Source: Klebsormidium nitens
Lineage: Eukaryota > Plantae > Klebsormidiophyceae
Assembly: GCA_000708835.1 (NCBI GenBank)
Contig: DF237434.1
Location: forward strand, 6,544 to 70,543
Length of the DNA stretch: 64,000 bases
Reading direction: 5' to 3'
Of this stretch, positions 38,504 through 50,000 are shown in pieces. The notes beneath the pieces are model-generated. The model was not told where the DNA came from and ran no database searches. It was given only the letters and a program-made list of their open reading frames with translations. The translations under genes were made by a program, and so were the position numbers. How positions within the stretch are numbered: the stretch's first letter is position 1; the number at the start of each line of letters is the position of its first letter.

Positions 38504-40183
38504 ATGGCTAGTACTGACGTGGAGAAGCGCCCAAAGGCCTATCACACGGTGAGTCACCTAGCTGCCGCGTTGCGGATCCGGAATGTGGAGTATGTGCCAA
38601 TTGCATCAGGAACTTGTTCATTCTCGGTTCTATTTGAGTCCAACCTTAGGACAACGCGTGTCATTCTGAGTCGATGTTTACTGCCGCTCAGTTCTCTGAA
38701 GTTGTTCTAAGTCCAAGTTTTTTCACTTTCAGTGTACCCACAAGGTTGGCAAATGCTAAAATCAGTTGGGCATACTGCAAACTTGGCTGAGCGTATATAC
38801 TAGGAGCCTCTTTGACATCAGATTGTCTGTACCAATACTGCTGTTCGAATTTGCGGTTAGAAAGTGAATAGAAGTCAGTGTGGCAAGAGCACTGCGACAG
38901 CGCTTGACTCGCTAAAAGTATTACTGCCAGAATTAGAATCGAATGCATCACAGATTTCACCCTCTTGGACTTTCTTCTTTCTATTCTGCCTCTACCCTAC
39001 TACTCCAGGCCAGATTGCATCCCCTGCGCAGCATCTGATCCTTGTGCAAGGTTTCCTCGTATAGTGCCTGCTGTTTCAGCAGACTGCACGCACTCTTACA
39101 AACGAATTCTGGGCACCCATTGATGTTTTTTTTCAATTACATCCTGTCCAGACGAGAATACATCTACCACTGAGAAGCTCAATGATCGATCGACTCACCT
39201 GCTTTTCTCTGCAGCTGACCGGTCCTCCCTGAACAATTCCCTTTGAGCCCTTAAGTCTTTCAGTTCTTGGGCACGTTTCCTGTTTCCTCTCGCAGTTACA
39301 GTGTCACGGAGTCTAAATGCTCTCTTTTGAACTCTTGACTCTCTCTGAGTTCCATCTTACACCGAGAAGTGAATGTTAAAACTGCTTCCGCTTTTGCAGC
39401 TGACCCCCTACCTGACGTTCAAAGGCGCATCCCAGGCCATGGAGTTCTACAAAAGTGCCTTTGGCGCTACCGAAATCTACTCCCTCAAGGGGCCTGGGGG
39501 GATCATCGCTCACGCCGAGATGAGCATCGGCGATAGCCGTTTCATGCTGGCGGACGAGTCCCCGATGCGCGGGAACAAGGGCCCGACCAGTTTGGGGGGC
39601 ACCCCGGTTAGGTAAGAGCCTCGAACTAGAAATGCGGGAGGCCCGTTAAAAAAGAGCGACTTGAGCTTTCGAGGAGTCATTGCGGCTGTAAAATGCGGTG
39701 GAGTAACCTCAGTGTTGGCGTCATAAGCTATTGAGTCCTTTGTCTACGAGAAGCGAACTCGTTGGGCAGACTACCAACTCGCAGGAGCTCCACAAGAAAT
39801 CTCCCGCATGCTTTCACCCCCGTTGGGAGCGACGCCGATCGCGAGTGTGACAAAAATCCTACCCCAAATGTTCACGCACTCTGCACTTGTAAGTTGAATT
39901 TGACTAAACCCCACCCGTTCTCGACTTCCTATTCACAAACTCGTTTCCCTTTCCGTTCAGCCTCATGATGTACGTGGACGACTCCGACGCGGCGTTCGAG
40001 CGCGCGGTCAAGGCCGGGGCGACTGTTGCGATGCCGGTGCAGACACACTTTTACGGCGACCGTTCCGGTTCCGTCGTCGATCCGTTCGGGCACAAGTGGG
40101 ACATCGCAACCCACGTGGAGGACGTCAGCCCCGAGGAGATCCAGAAGCGCATGGCGGCGATGGGGCCCCCCGGCGAGAAGTAG
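38504..40183 (+). CDS. VOC / glyoxalase-bleomycin-resistance (PhnB-like) protein (159 aa)
   Basis: Exons 38504-38548, 39400-39611, 39961-40183. YHTLTPYL, AMEFYKSAFGATE, HAEMSIGDSRFMLADE, FYGDRSGSVVDPFGHKWDIATHVED are typical of the family. Confidence 0.9.
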
Positions 40184-43100
40184 GGGGGGTGCGCATGTTG
40201 GAAGGTGAGCTGATTGGGTTTCTTTGTAAATATTTAGGTGGGTTTCTGAAGGCTTGCGACCAGGCGTTTTGGACCCCCGAAAAACTTCCCTGAAATCGCG
40301 TCTTTTGAAGAGAGTTGAATGCGTTTCTGTGGGTCTGCGAAAAGCTTCGGGCCCCCGAGGGGAATAGGGGAGTCTGCCTCAGGGGAAAATGAAGTGACCG
40401 TGTCTTTCAAAGATATGAATGTGCGTTCTGTAAATTGCGGTCTGGCTTTCCGAGGAGAGTTGACGAGGTCGACTGCCGGATGGGAGGCGTCTTAAGAGGC
40501 GCTTGCTCAGAAAGTCACGCAGATGATTCGAGTCTGGCTTTATCAAGTTCTGAAAGTGAGTAAACTGATCTACTTGTGTTGGATGATAATTTAGCGCTTT
40601 CGGTGGCAGGCTGTTTTATCGTCTCTAAAAGCGTCTCGATGTTTTTGAGTGTGTGCCGGAGTCTCGCGAACGTTTGAACGGAGAGAACAAGGTCTTCTTT
40701 GCGAATCTGGGCAGTACTTTGTCTTTGACTTTGACGAATCCAAACCTGTCCTGCAAAATGTGTTGGGCAAACCAACACGTAAAGGTAACAAGTTTCACCC
40801 GTAGGACGCTGTTTCCACTTTCGTCCTCAAAGACGCCCAAGAAACTGAGCAAAAGAATCATCGTGTCTCGCGCGAAAGCAAATTGCTCTTTGCTTTGTTA
40901 TTCTGCATGATCCGACAATCCTCCGAAAACTTATGAGGCTCTGTTGTCCGTTTCGATATGAACGGCCAGGGCTGCCCTCCTCTTTCAAACTTATATCTGT
41001 CGACCTTTGGACCCAGATAGTCGAAGGGGAATTGGCGTTTGAGAAAGGATTTGAGAGGCCGCCTGGTATATCCCTGTAGGCCAATCCGGAGCATGTCCAT
41101 GTAAGTGCGGGGGTTCTGTAGGCACGGTCTCTGAATCTATCCTACCTTTTCCGACGCAGGCCGGCGCTTAATGACCACTGTGTCTGCAGTTCACAACAAG
41201 CAGCAACTTACCCGCACTTTGTGGTCTGGAGTAGGCCGTGAACTATGGAATAAAGTCGTCAGGGTTCGTTCTATGTGGTTTAGGCTTACGTACCATCTGG
41301 CAGCAGATTCTCTTACATACTCACAAGTAGAACTTCTGGTGTTGAGGATTCAGGGACCGCTGACTGCTGTGCTAGTCTTGAACAAAAACTTGGACAAACA
41401 TGTAAGCGCTTGAGTACGAAGTCGCTTGTAGATATAAAGGAATGCGGTTTGCAGTGTTGCCAGACCGTTCGATAGATGCGCTGTTGTATCGTCCCAAGCA
41501 CGACCGTGTTCTAAATCAATGTCTCGCTGACCCATTTAAATGTTTTCACATCTTTCTGTCGATTCATACCAAACAAGTGATCCTGACGGACAGGCCAAAA
41601 TTACATCGACCGGAAGTTCAACTGCGCTCAAGTGGGTCTGATCGACTTGTGCCGCATCTCTGACTTTCTACATGGGCTCCAAACGCATGGCCGGATGCAA
41701 TATCGATCAGGCCAGGATATGTCCATCTAGCTGGTTATGCGTCCGAATCCAGGCTCGTTCGATCGCATGTGTTTGCAAAACAAACGCTGTGTTGCTCACG
41801 AGTGCAACAGGCCGAAGCTCTTCCTATACTTCCAAAGGTGCCCATGTTCATTTGACCGTAGCTGGATATATATTGGCAGCGCCATGTTTACTAGCTAACC
41901 TTCCGACATTATCAGCACAGGTGAACAAATTATCGCGCGCGCGCGCGCGGACGTACATAAAGCCAATTGCGCTGATCGATATCCTCTACGTACTCTTCGT
42001 TCGTGCAAACGACTCCCGTCACGAATCACTCCAATGGCGTGGCACGGTCTCGTTAAGATAGGTTTCTTTGGGCTAAAGCAGACTGATGGGTAAACATCCA
42101 ACTACATTATTGCAGATTTCGAGGCATGCTCCGATATATGCCGGACCGGTAGATGGCATACCACATAATGATCGCAGAGTTACAAAGTCCAGGTACACAT
42201 GGCGCGGCCACGGCAGTTGTCACGGCTTTGCATTCAAGACATACGCTGCTGCCCACTTCATCGAGCACCGTCATGCTCGGTAATCTTGGTGACCGTGAAT
42301 CTCCATGCAGACCAGTGAGTTCACTTTGAAAGATCGGTCCGATGCAACAAGCATCGGATGGTCTGGTCGAGTATGCACGTTGCTTCTCCATACCAACTTA
42401 CACGTCTAAAATGCGTGATCAACATGCGACGGTGCCATTCTCGTGACTGCTCCTGGCCCCAAAGGACCGCCAATTTGCTTTCCCGTATTTCCAAGCAACG
42501 TGTACCATGCCCAGTGAATGTCACGAAGCAGCCGATAAGACTGGCATCAATGCTGACTGCACATGTCCGGATGCAACTCCCCTTGTAGCGGACAGTAGGA
42601 CAGCACTTTGCCTATATGCATCAGCGATGACCAAGGTCGTCTGACATATGGGCAAGCCCGTCGGCTCTTCCTGCTGCACGAAAAAGAAGCACAAGCACCT
42701 GTCATTGAAAAGTTGAGGCGGGTGCTCATTGTGGCCCTTGAAGATGTGGAGGGGTCATATAATCAGAATTTATCAGGTCATCCTTGCTCCCTGCATGCTC
42801 TATTTGCCTTACTACTTCGCGAGTATCCGAACCGCCACCCAAAGCGTGAATCCAGGCTGATGAGTCAGACTGCCTGCCCGTAACCCCAGGGAAGTCCCTT
42901 GAGAGACAATTCGAAAGAGCAGACAGGTGATCCGCGTAGACAAAGACAGGAAGCAAGTCTCAACCGGGAAGCGACAGAGGACTGGGAAGCACACAGTGGG
43001 GCAGTCTAGATTTGCTTACCGGCACGAAGCGTTCTCTCACTTGGGGAACAGTATCACGGAAGCGGCGAATCGCCCTTCCACCGGAAATGCATGCTAGCTG

Positions 43101-43718
43101 GCACGATTCTCGACAGGCTTACAGTCCCGCCCTCTGCAAAGAAACAAGTATGGGCCGCTGTTTAGAACCGATGCAGTCGTGAGTCGTCGGGCGCTGACAA
43201 AAGACGCCGCACATCAACGGAATGAGAATGAGAATGCTCGTGGGCACCGAGATGCGGAAATATCAAACGAACGGGATCGACGGCTTGCCGTCAGATGGCG
43301 CGCGTCTCGTTTCATGCCGCAGAACAGCCAGTTGTGCGTCAAAAGACAAGGCTCGAGAAGCGACAAGATGTTTCTGAATCGACAAGATGCAGCAAGAGTA
43401 GGGCCAAAGTAAAGAGCCTCCGAGAAGCGTTTGCCATCCTAAGCTGCAATTGAGCTGCCTTCTGTTTTGAGTTGATCGCTCACGCAATCTGTGACTCAAG
43501 TACCAGAACACGAAACGGGAAAGGTCCACTGGCTTGTTACGTTCACTTCGACTTCGTTTGCATGCTACACCGTCAGTGTGCAGATAAAATACTGAGGACC
43601 GCCAAGCAAGTCATCAGCGTGCCTGATACTGCGCGAGACTAGGTTCGACTCGATACTCGCCACCCTTCAATCAAGACACCGCGAAACTTTGTCCTGACCG
43701 TGACTCAACCTCCGCGGG

Positions 43719-46037
43719 TCACGACGACTTGCTTACCACGACTTTTCCGTACGTCCCAAACATGTAGCCGACAGCCGCAAACTGCAGCAGCAGCGTTGCA
43801 AGGCCGATGTTGTACCCGCTGGAGAGCCCGCCCCAGACGACGGTCCACACGCCCGCCACTGCCAAAGTGAGCAGCCCGCTGGTCGCCTGCTCCTCCCGCT
43901 GCCGAAATAACCTGGAAAAAACAGAGTTATCCCTACCGTTAATCAAGCTGAGCAAACAGTTAACCAAGCTGACTGCGAATTCAGGTACACTTAATTAAGT
44001 TTGATACCTTTTGGGAGCTAAGAGCAATAAAACGCTCCCGTGGGGCGGGTGAGTTTGGTATGATGGTTAGGATGGGTTTGGGCGCGGAGCGAGTCGTGTT
44101 TACAGGTTAGGTATTTTTGTTAAGCGACTTGACCGGGTACTTTCGTTTATGCATTGGATTTTGTCGGCATTAGCCATATCGGGTGACCGGGCAGTCTGGC
44201 TTTTGGCTAGTTATGTACACTCAAAAATGGTAGGAGGACGATTGAGATACCCAATCCACCGACTTTAACCCAAACTCGTGTAGAGCAGGGAAGGGAGACG
44301 GTGTATCGTGAGTGTCTTGGCCAGACTCTCTTCGCTCTTCAAGATGCTCCATAAGAATGAAGAGACGCGCTTCTTGAGGCGGACTGAGGCATTTGGGGAT
44401 CGAAGGGAGTCACATCAATAGGGGGACGAACCATGCGGGATCAGACAAAGGGAATCAGCAGAATCGACTGTAGTAGGCCCGTGGGAACCGAGACAGCGTA
44501 CACGTATCGTTTGACGACTCGGTTGAAGGCTCGCAGAAAGAAGGTTGGGGCGTACCTAGCTCCGGCTTCTTTGACGGAAGGGATCTGCGGAACGATACTA
44601 CACATGCTCAGTGTTTGAATCAGACATGCATGGGCAGCGAACAGAAGGAAAACTGAGACAATATCATCTCAACTCGTTGCTGGAGGGAAGCGTCCGAACA
44701 TTTTGCTTGTACATCCTGCGGCATCAGAGTCAGACGACTAAAAATTCTGCGGGAAGCGAAACTTTAGAAGGACCATTCAGATGGAGTCCCTGTAAGCGTC
44801 CAACAAGTCAAGGGCTCCAGATGGAGGATTTTGGGTTGGAATCGAGGCAAGAGCGATGAAGGATGCATCTGTCCAAAGAGCGGCTCACCTCTCTTGTGAA
44901 CTTCGTGATGAGGAAGACTGCCAGCATGATCACCAGCGACACTTCCCACGTGCTCTGCTCGTCAGCCAAATACCTGCACGAGATACAACGTGTTTGACTC
45001 ATTCTGGATTCTCATGGTAGGATCGGCGCCTGCTTGATGTACCAAGCTGTGAATGTCTGGCAGCCTGGGGTTCTTGGGAAAGTGTTCACTGGCTGCCTTT
45101 GTCTCAAGAACTACAACCAGCAATCATACCTGAATGCCAGCGTTCAAGTTCGGTGAAAAGAAACCGTCAGGAGGCGCTATCAGTACAGCCCCAACAAGTC
45201 AAGCATAGCGATGTAGTGCAATCTTTGAAAATCTCGACGAAGGGAAGGAATGAGGAGACGCACCCGCCTACTACAGCAACCTCCAGATCTGTGAAGAATA
45301 AAGTTTGAGAGTTTGCCACCAAAGAACTCACGCTGCGACCGTGTGCGCCAGGCTCGCAATGATGAATGCCTTCCACAGGAGGAAGAAGAGATTGAAGCCC
45401 CTGCCCGGTTGCTTCTGCTTCCGCCTGCGGCGGTTGAGCACACCGGTGGGGCTTCTCTCAAACTGCCCTCGCTCGTTCTTGAGAGAGTCTGCTGTGTCTA
45501 CGGAAGGGGAGGATTGTGGCTGTGGTCTTGGCGCGCCTTCGTAGATGTCTATCCTCTCACCTTTACCTGCTTTAATTGGCAATAGTCCCCGTTGAAGCTG
45601 CAGAACAATGGGAGATGCTGTGGTAAGCGTCCAAATCAAAGCATTCAAACTCTTCGAACTAAGGACAGAATACAGTAGGAATAAGTCTTCCAGCGCCAGA
45701 AACTTATCATTCTTGCAGGCTAGGAGCTCTATCCGTGAAGCTGATCGAGGCTCTCGGCCCGAACAACCTTTCTGGTTGAAAGCGAGGTTGCAAAGGGTTC
45801 TGCCAAGAGCAGAATCTGGGTGACAGCACTACGTCCGAATGCAGGAAGTTCGATGCTCACCTGTCGATTCCTCAAACCTCTCCTTCTTAGTGGCGGCGGC
45901 GGGGCATGCCGCCAGTTACAGTCTTTCAAGCTGTTAAAGGAGGGCCAACGCGATCGTGCAGCAGCGGGCGCATGGCGTTGTTGCTTGCGAATACAGACTG
46001 GTGGCGCCTTGAACAATCTAGACCGCGCTGCGCCCAT
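43719..46037 (-). CDS. Uncharacterised multi-pass membrane protein, possible plastid transit peptide (~249 aa)
   Basis: Exons 46037-45861, 45597-45332, 44973-44889, 44584-44556, 43911-43719; phase-consistent, including a 29-nt microexon. Four hydrophobic segments (FNLFFLLWKAFIIASLAHTVAA, WEVSLVIMLAVFLIT, GLLTLAVAGVWTVVWGGL, IGLATLLLQFAAVGYMF). No family recognised; first exon least certain. Confidence 0.65.
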
Positions 46038-47003
46038 GCTAAGATGCTGCAGAGTCAAACAGAGGGATCTTAGACCCGGTCGCCAGAACCTTTTGGTTTC
46101 AACTCAAATTTGCTCCAAAGCTTCACAGTGAGTAAACGAGCAGCCATTAAAAATTTTCTGAGGGTGGTGCAAAAGGACTCGTTCGGTATAGCACAGAACA
46201 CTTCTTAGGGTGGTGCAAAGGAATCACTTCAGTATAGTGGTTTAAAGCACCTTTGATGGCCCTGTAGAGCATTGTGTTCAATGACACGAGCGAAAAAGTT
46301 AAGCAAACAACCTTAGCAATCGCATGACATCAGTGGGTTGTGACGAGGCGATGGTAAGTTATATGTAACCCTCTCTTATGGTGACAGCATTGTTCGTCCA
46401 GACATGCCATGCTAAGCTGGCAGACCGCAGTGGCCCTGAACGCCGCACTCCCGACTCCATTAAGGGCTTCCTTCTGGATTTCATCAGCTGAAAGCGATGT
46501 GAAAGAGGCCGGCCATCTCACTTGTAAACAAGGACATGCTGCTTGGGCATCCACAAGCGCCCCTGCTGCACATGGCCTATCCATCGTCCCGGAGCCGCCC
46601 TGTGACGTCGCGCAGCTTGTAGGCTGGGGACTCTTGGTGCGAAGACGTCAGAGTAAAGTCAAGGAAAGCAAAGCCGCTGCAAGATTCAAAGAAAACGCAA
46701 TATGATAACAAAGCCACAGCCTCAGGCCCAAACTTAGAGCGTCTGCAGACTGCAGCCAATGATCATCAAACTCAGTTTCAAGCTCAAGTCAAAGTGGCGA
46801 AACAACATGTCAGCTCAGACTCAGACTGCACACTCTTGCTTCTGGTCCAGGAGACCTTTCGAAAGTCAGACTTGAGGACATGCCACCATGCATCAATGGC
46901 GCCTTCCAATGTGAAGGGTTCAGAGCTCATAAAGCCACATTCTTTGCACCAGCCTCGCAAAGGCAGTGTTCTGCATTGGAAGGTTTCAGCACATTTTTGG
47001 AGA

Positions 47004-50000
47004 ATGGCGGATAGTGATTCGGCGCAGCCAACGAGCAGCTCAGAGAACGACTCAGAGTTTGCAGCATTGCTTGAGGCGGAGCTTGACAAGGACGATTGGG
47101 GGTCAGAAGATCAAAATGCGGCTGGCGTGGACAGTCACAGCCATGAAAGAGTTGACATAGAGTAAGTGATCAGCCAATGTGAACAAACTGAGAGGCAGCA
47201 CCGAATGCCGTCTCAGAATGGTCCTGCTCAGCTGTCACTCCTTAGGGACCCGGATGAACAAGGACATAAGTTGCAATTGCGACAGCGTATCTTGTTGACA
47301 GGCGCTTCTTTTTGAGCAGATTGCATGATAGGTTGGTGGTGCATGATTGATCATCTGAAAGAAGAGTTGGACACTTCTTATGCCCTGACTTTCCTCGTTA
47401 CAGGGATGTTGACAACCAGATAGGGGCGCAAGTGGCGGAGGCACCGTTGATAGGACATGCTGCTAGCCAAGCCGTTGACGAACCAGGTGGGGCAGAAGGG
47501 AAGGGCAAGGAGGCCGGAATCTGTCCTCCCCACCCCGGATACATGTGGAACATCTGCATTCGCTGTGGGAAGGCAAAGGAGGAAGATGATGATGAGAAAG
47601 GAGTGGCCCTACGGTATCTTCATCAAGTGAGACCTTCTCACCAAAACTTTGTAAACATCCACATCTATGTGAAGATCGAAGAAAGGACGTTTGGTTAGCT
47701 AGTCCCCACAGGTTGCACTTTGGTTCTTAAGGCTGCAAATTTTGCTTCTGTATTTGATTTTGAGCTTCTATTTTTCCTTTTCACCCTCGTTGCTCTTGCC
47801 TTTCAAGTTAATCAGTTTGGCAAGCACAATAGAGCTTCACCAACACAACCACCCAGGTTAGGCTCTCAGTAAGCTCCGGATGCAGGGGTTGGAGGTGAGC
47901 GCGGTCGAAGCGGACCGTCTCCGAAAGGACGACCTCCAGAAGCTGCTGGCGCAGAAGAAGCTGTACCTGGTAGTGGACCTCGACCATACGTTGCTCAACT
48001 CAACAAGGATGGCCGAGGTGAGGCGTCTGCCCGCACAGACGGACTGCGTCATTGCCCCAGCTCTTTACACCACTGACGAGGCTTCTTTGAACCGCAGTAT
48101 GTTGTTGAGAAGGCTTGCCTGAACTTCAACTGGCGCATACAGCTTTACTGGGCCACAAAGGTACTTCTGACTGTGTACCGTGCCTGAGACTGGAATTTGG
48201 ATTCTGCCTGCTCTGCTCATGCCAGCAGTCGTCATAGTTGATGGGAAAGCAGATTTGCCAACCATGCCACTATGCCAGCCTCGTCTCCAAATGAACTTTC
48301 TAGTGCCACATGAACATGCCACCCAAGCTACCACGTTAGACACATCAGCCCTTTCACAATTTCCACTCCCGTCCTCATTCCTTCTTTCTAATCATAACCT
48401 TCCTCCAGGTCCCAGACAGCGACGCCGCCTACCTCCGCTCCGCCTACAGCCCCACCACAGTCTTCCCCCCCGCCGCCGCCCCCAGCGCCAATGAAGACGA
48501 CCTGCTGTATCAGCTGCCGCCTCTGTCGATGTGGACCAAGCTACGGCCGTTTGTGCGCGAGTTCCTGGAGGAAGCGGCGGGGCTGTTTGAAATGTACGTG
48601 TACACCATGGGGGAAAAGCTGTACGCGCAGGTGACCCAGGCCGCCTGCCTCTCACTGTCGCCTTTTTACGAAACGTGCTGAATTCTCACCTGATATCGTT
48701 AAGACATGCCGAAACTTATGAAGGAAAAGAACATTTGAGCACGGCGAAAGACTTGGATCGTGCGTTGTCAGAGAGTGCAGAGGAGTCGCGGAAGAGAGAG
48801 CACCGTTTGTCAAACGGCTCTGGAAGGTTTGTCCAAAACTCCAGATCTTGGCCAGTGGCTCTTTGGATACTCGACAGAAGAAGTAACTTTAAAGGCATAC
48901 CTCGCTCCTGTTCCCGTCTAGCTTTCCTAAGCGTTTGGCAGCGGCGTTGACAATCTCCTTTCCACCAGCTCAGCTGGGCTTAATGGCACAATTTAAGCTT
49001 GTGATTGTCGAGACGAAATCCCAGCGTTCACGGTCGAAGGTACACGGTCTGTTGAACGGTTGCTTCCAGGCGTTGATACCAGCCTCAGTGCAATTCACCC
49101 GCTGAAACCATTCTTTCGTCAGTCTACCAGCAGGCCCTTACAAGTCACTAATCTGGTTCTAATTCTCGCTTATGGCTGAACGAGAAACTCATTGCAATGT
49201 ATGTGCAGGCCATGTGAGGCCTTCGTATGTAAGGCAACAAGCGTGTCTCACTCACTGGTATACATCCCATCCATCACCTATTGCTGAACAAGCTTTACAT
49301 CGTCGTATGCGTAGGCGATGGCCCGGTTGCTGGACCCCTCTGGGCGGCTCTTTGGGGAGCGCGTGATCAGCCAGCAGGACAGCACCAGCCGCAAGACCAA
49401 GGACCTGGACGTCGTGCTCGGGGCGGACTCCGCCNNNNNNNNNNNNNNNNNNNNNNNNNNNNNNNNNNNNNNNNNNNNNNNNNNNNNNNNNNNNNNNNNN
49501 NNNNNNNNNNNNNNNNNNNNNNNNNNNNNNNNNNNNNNNNNNNNNNNNNNNNNNNNNNNNNNNNNNNNNNNNNNNNNNNNNNNNNNNNNNNNNNNNNNNN
49601 NNNNNNNNNNNNNNNNNNNNNNNNNNNNNNNNNNNNNNNNNNNNNNNNNNNNNNNNNNNNNNNNNNNNNNNNNNNNNNNNNNNNNNNNNNNNNNNNNNNN
49701 NNNNNNNNNNNNNNNNNNNNNNNNNNNNNNNNNNNNNNNNNNNNNNNNNNNNNNNNNNNNNNNNNNNNNNNNNNNNNNNNNNNNNNNNNNNNNNNNNNNN
49801 NNNNNNNNNNNNNNNNNNNNNNNNNNNNNNNNNNNNNNNNNNNNNNNNNNNNNNNNNNNNNNNNNNNNNNNNNNNNNNNNNNNNNNNNNNNNNNNNNNNN
49901 NNNNNNNNNNNNNNNNNNNNNNNNNNNNNNNNNNNNNNNNNNNNNNNNNNNNNNNNNNNNNNNNNNNNNNNNNNNNNNNNNNNNNNNNNNNNNNNNNNNN

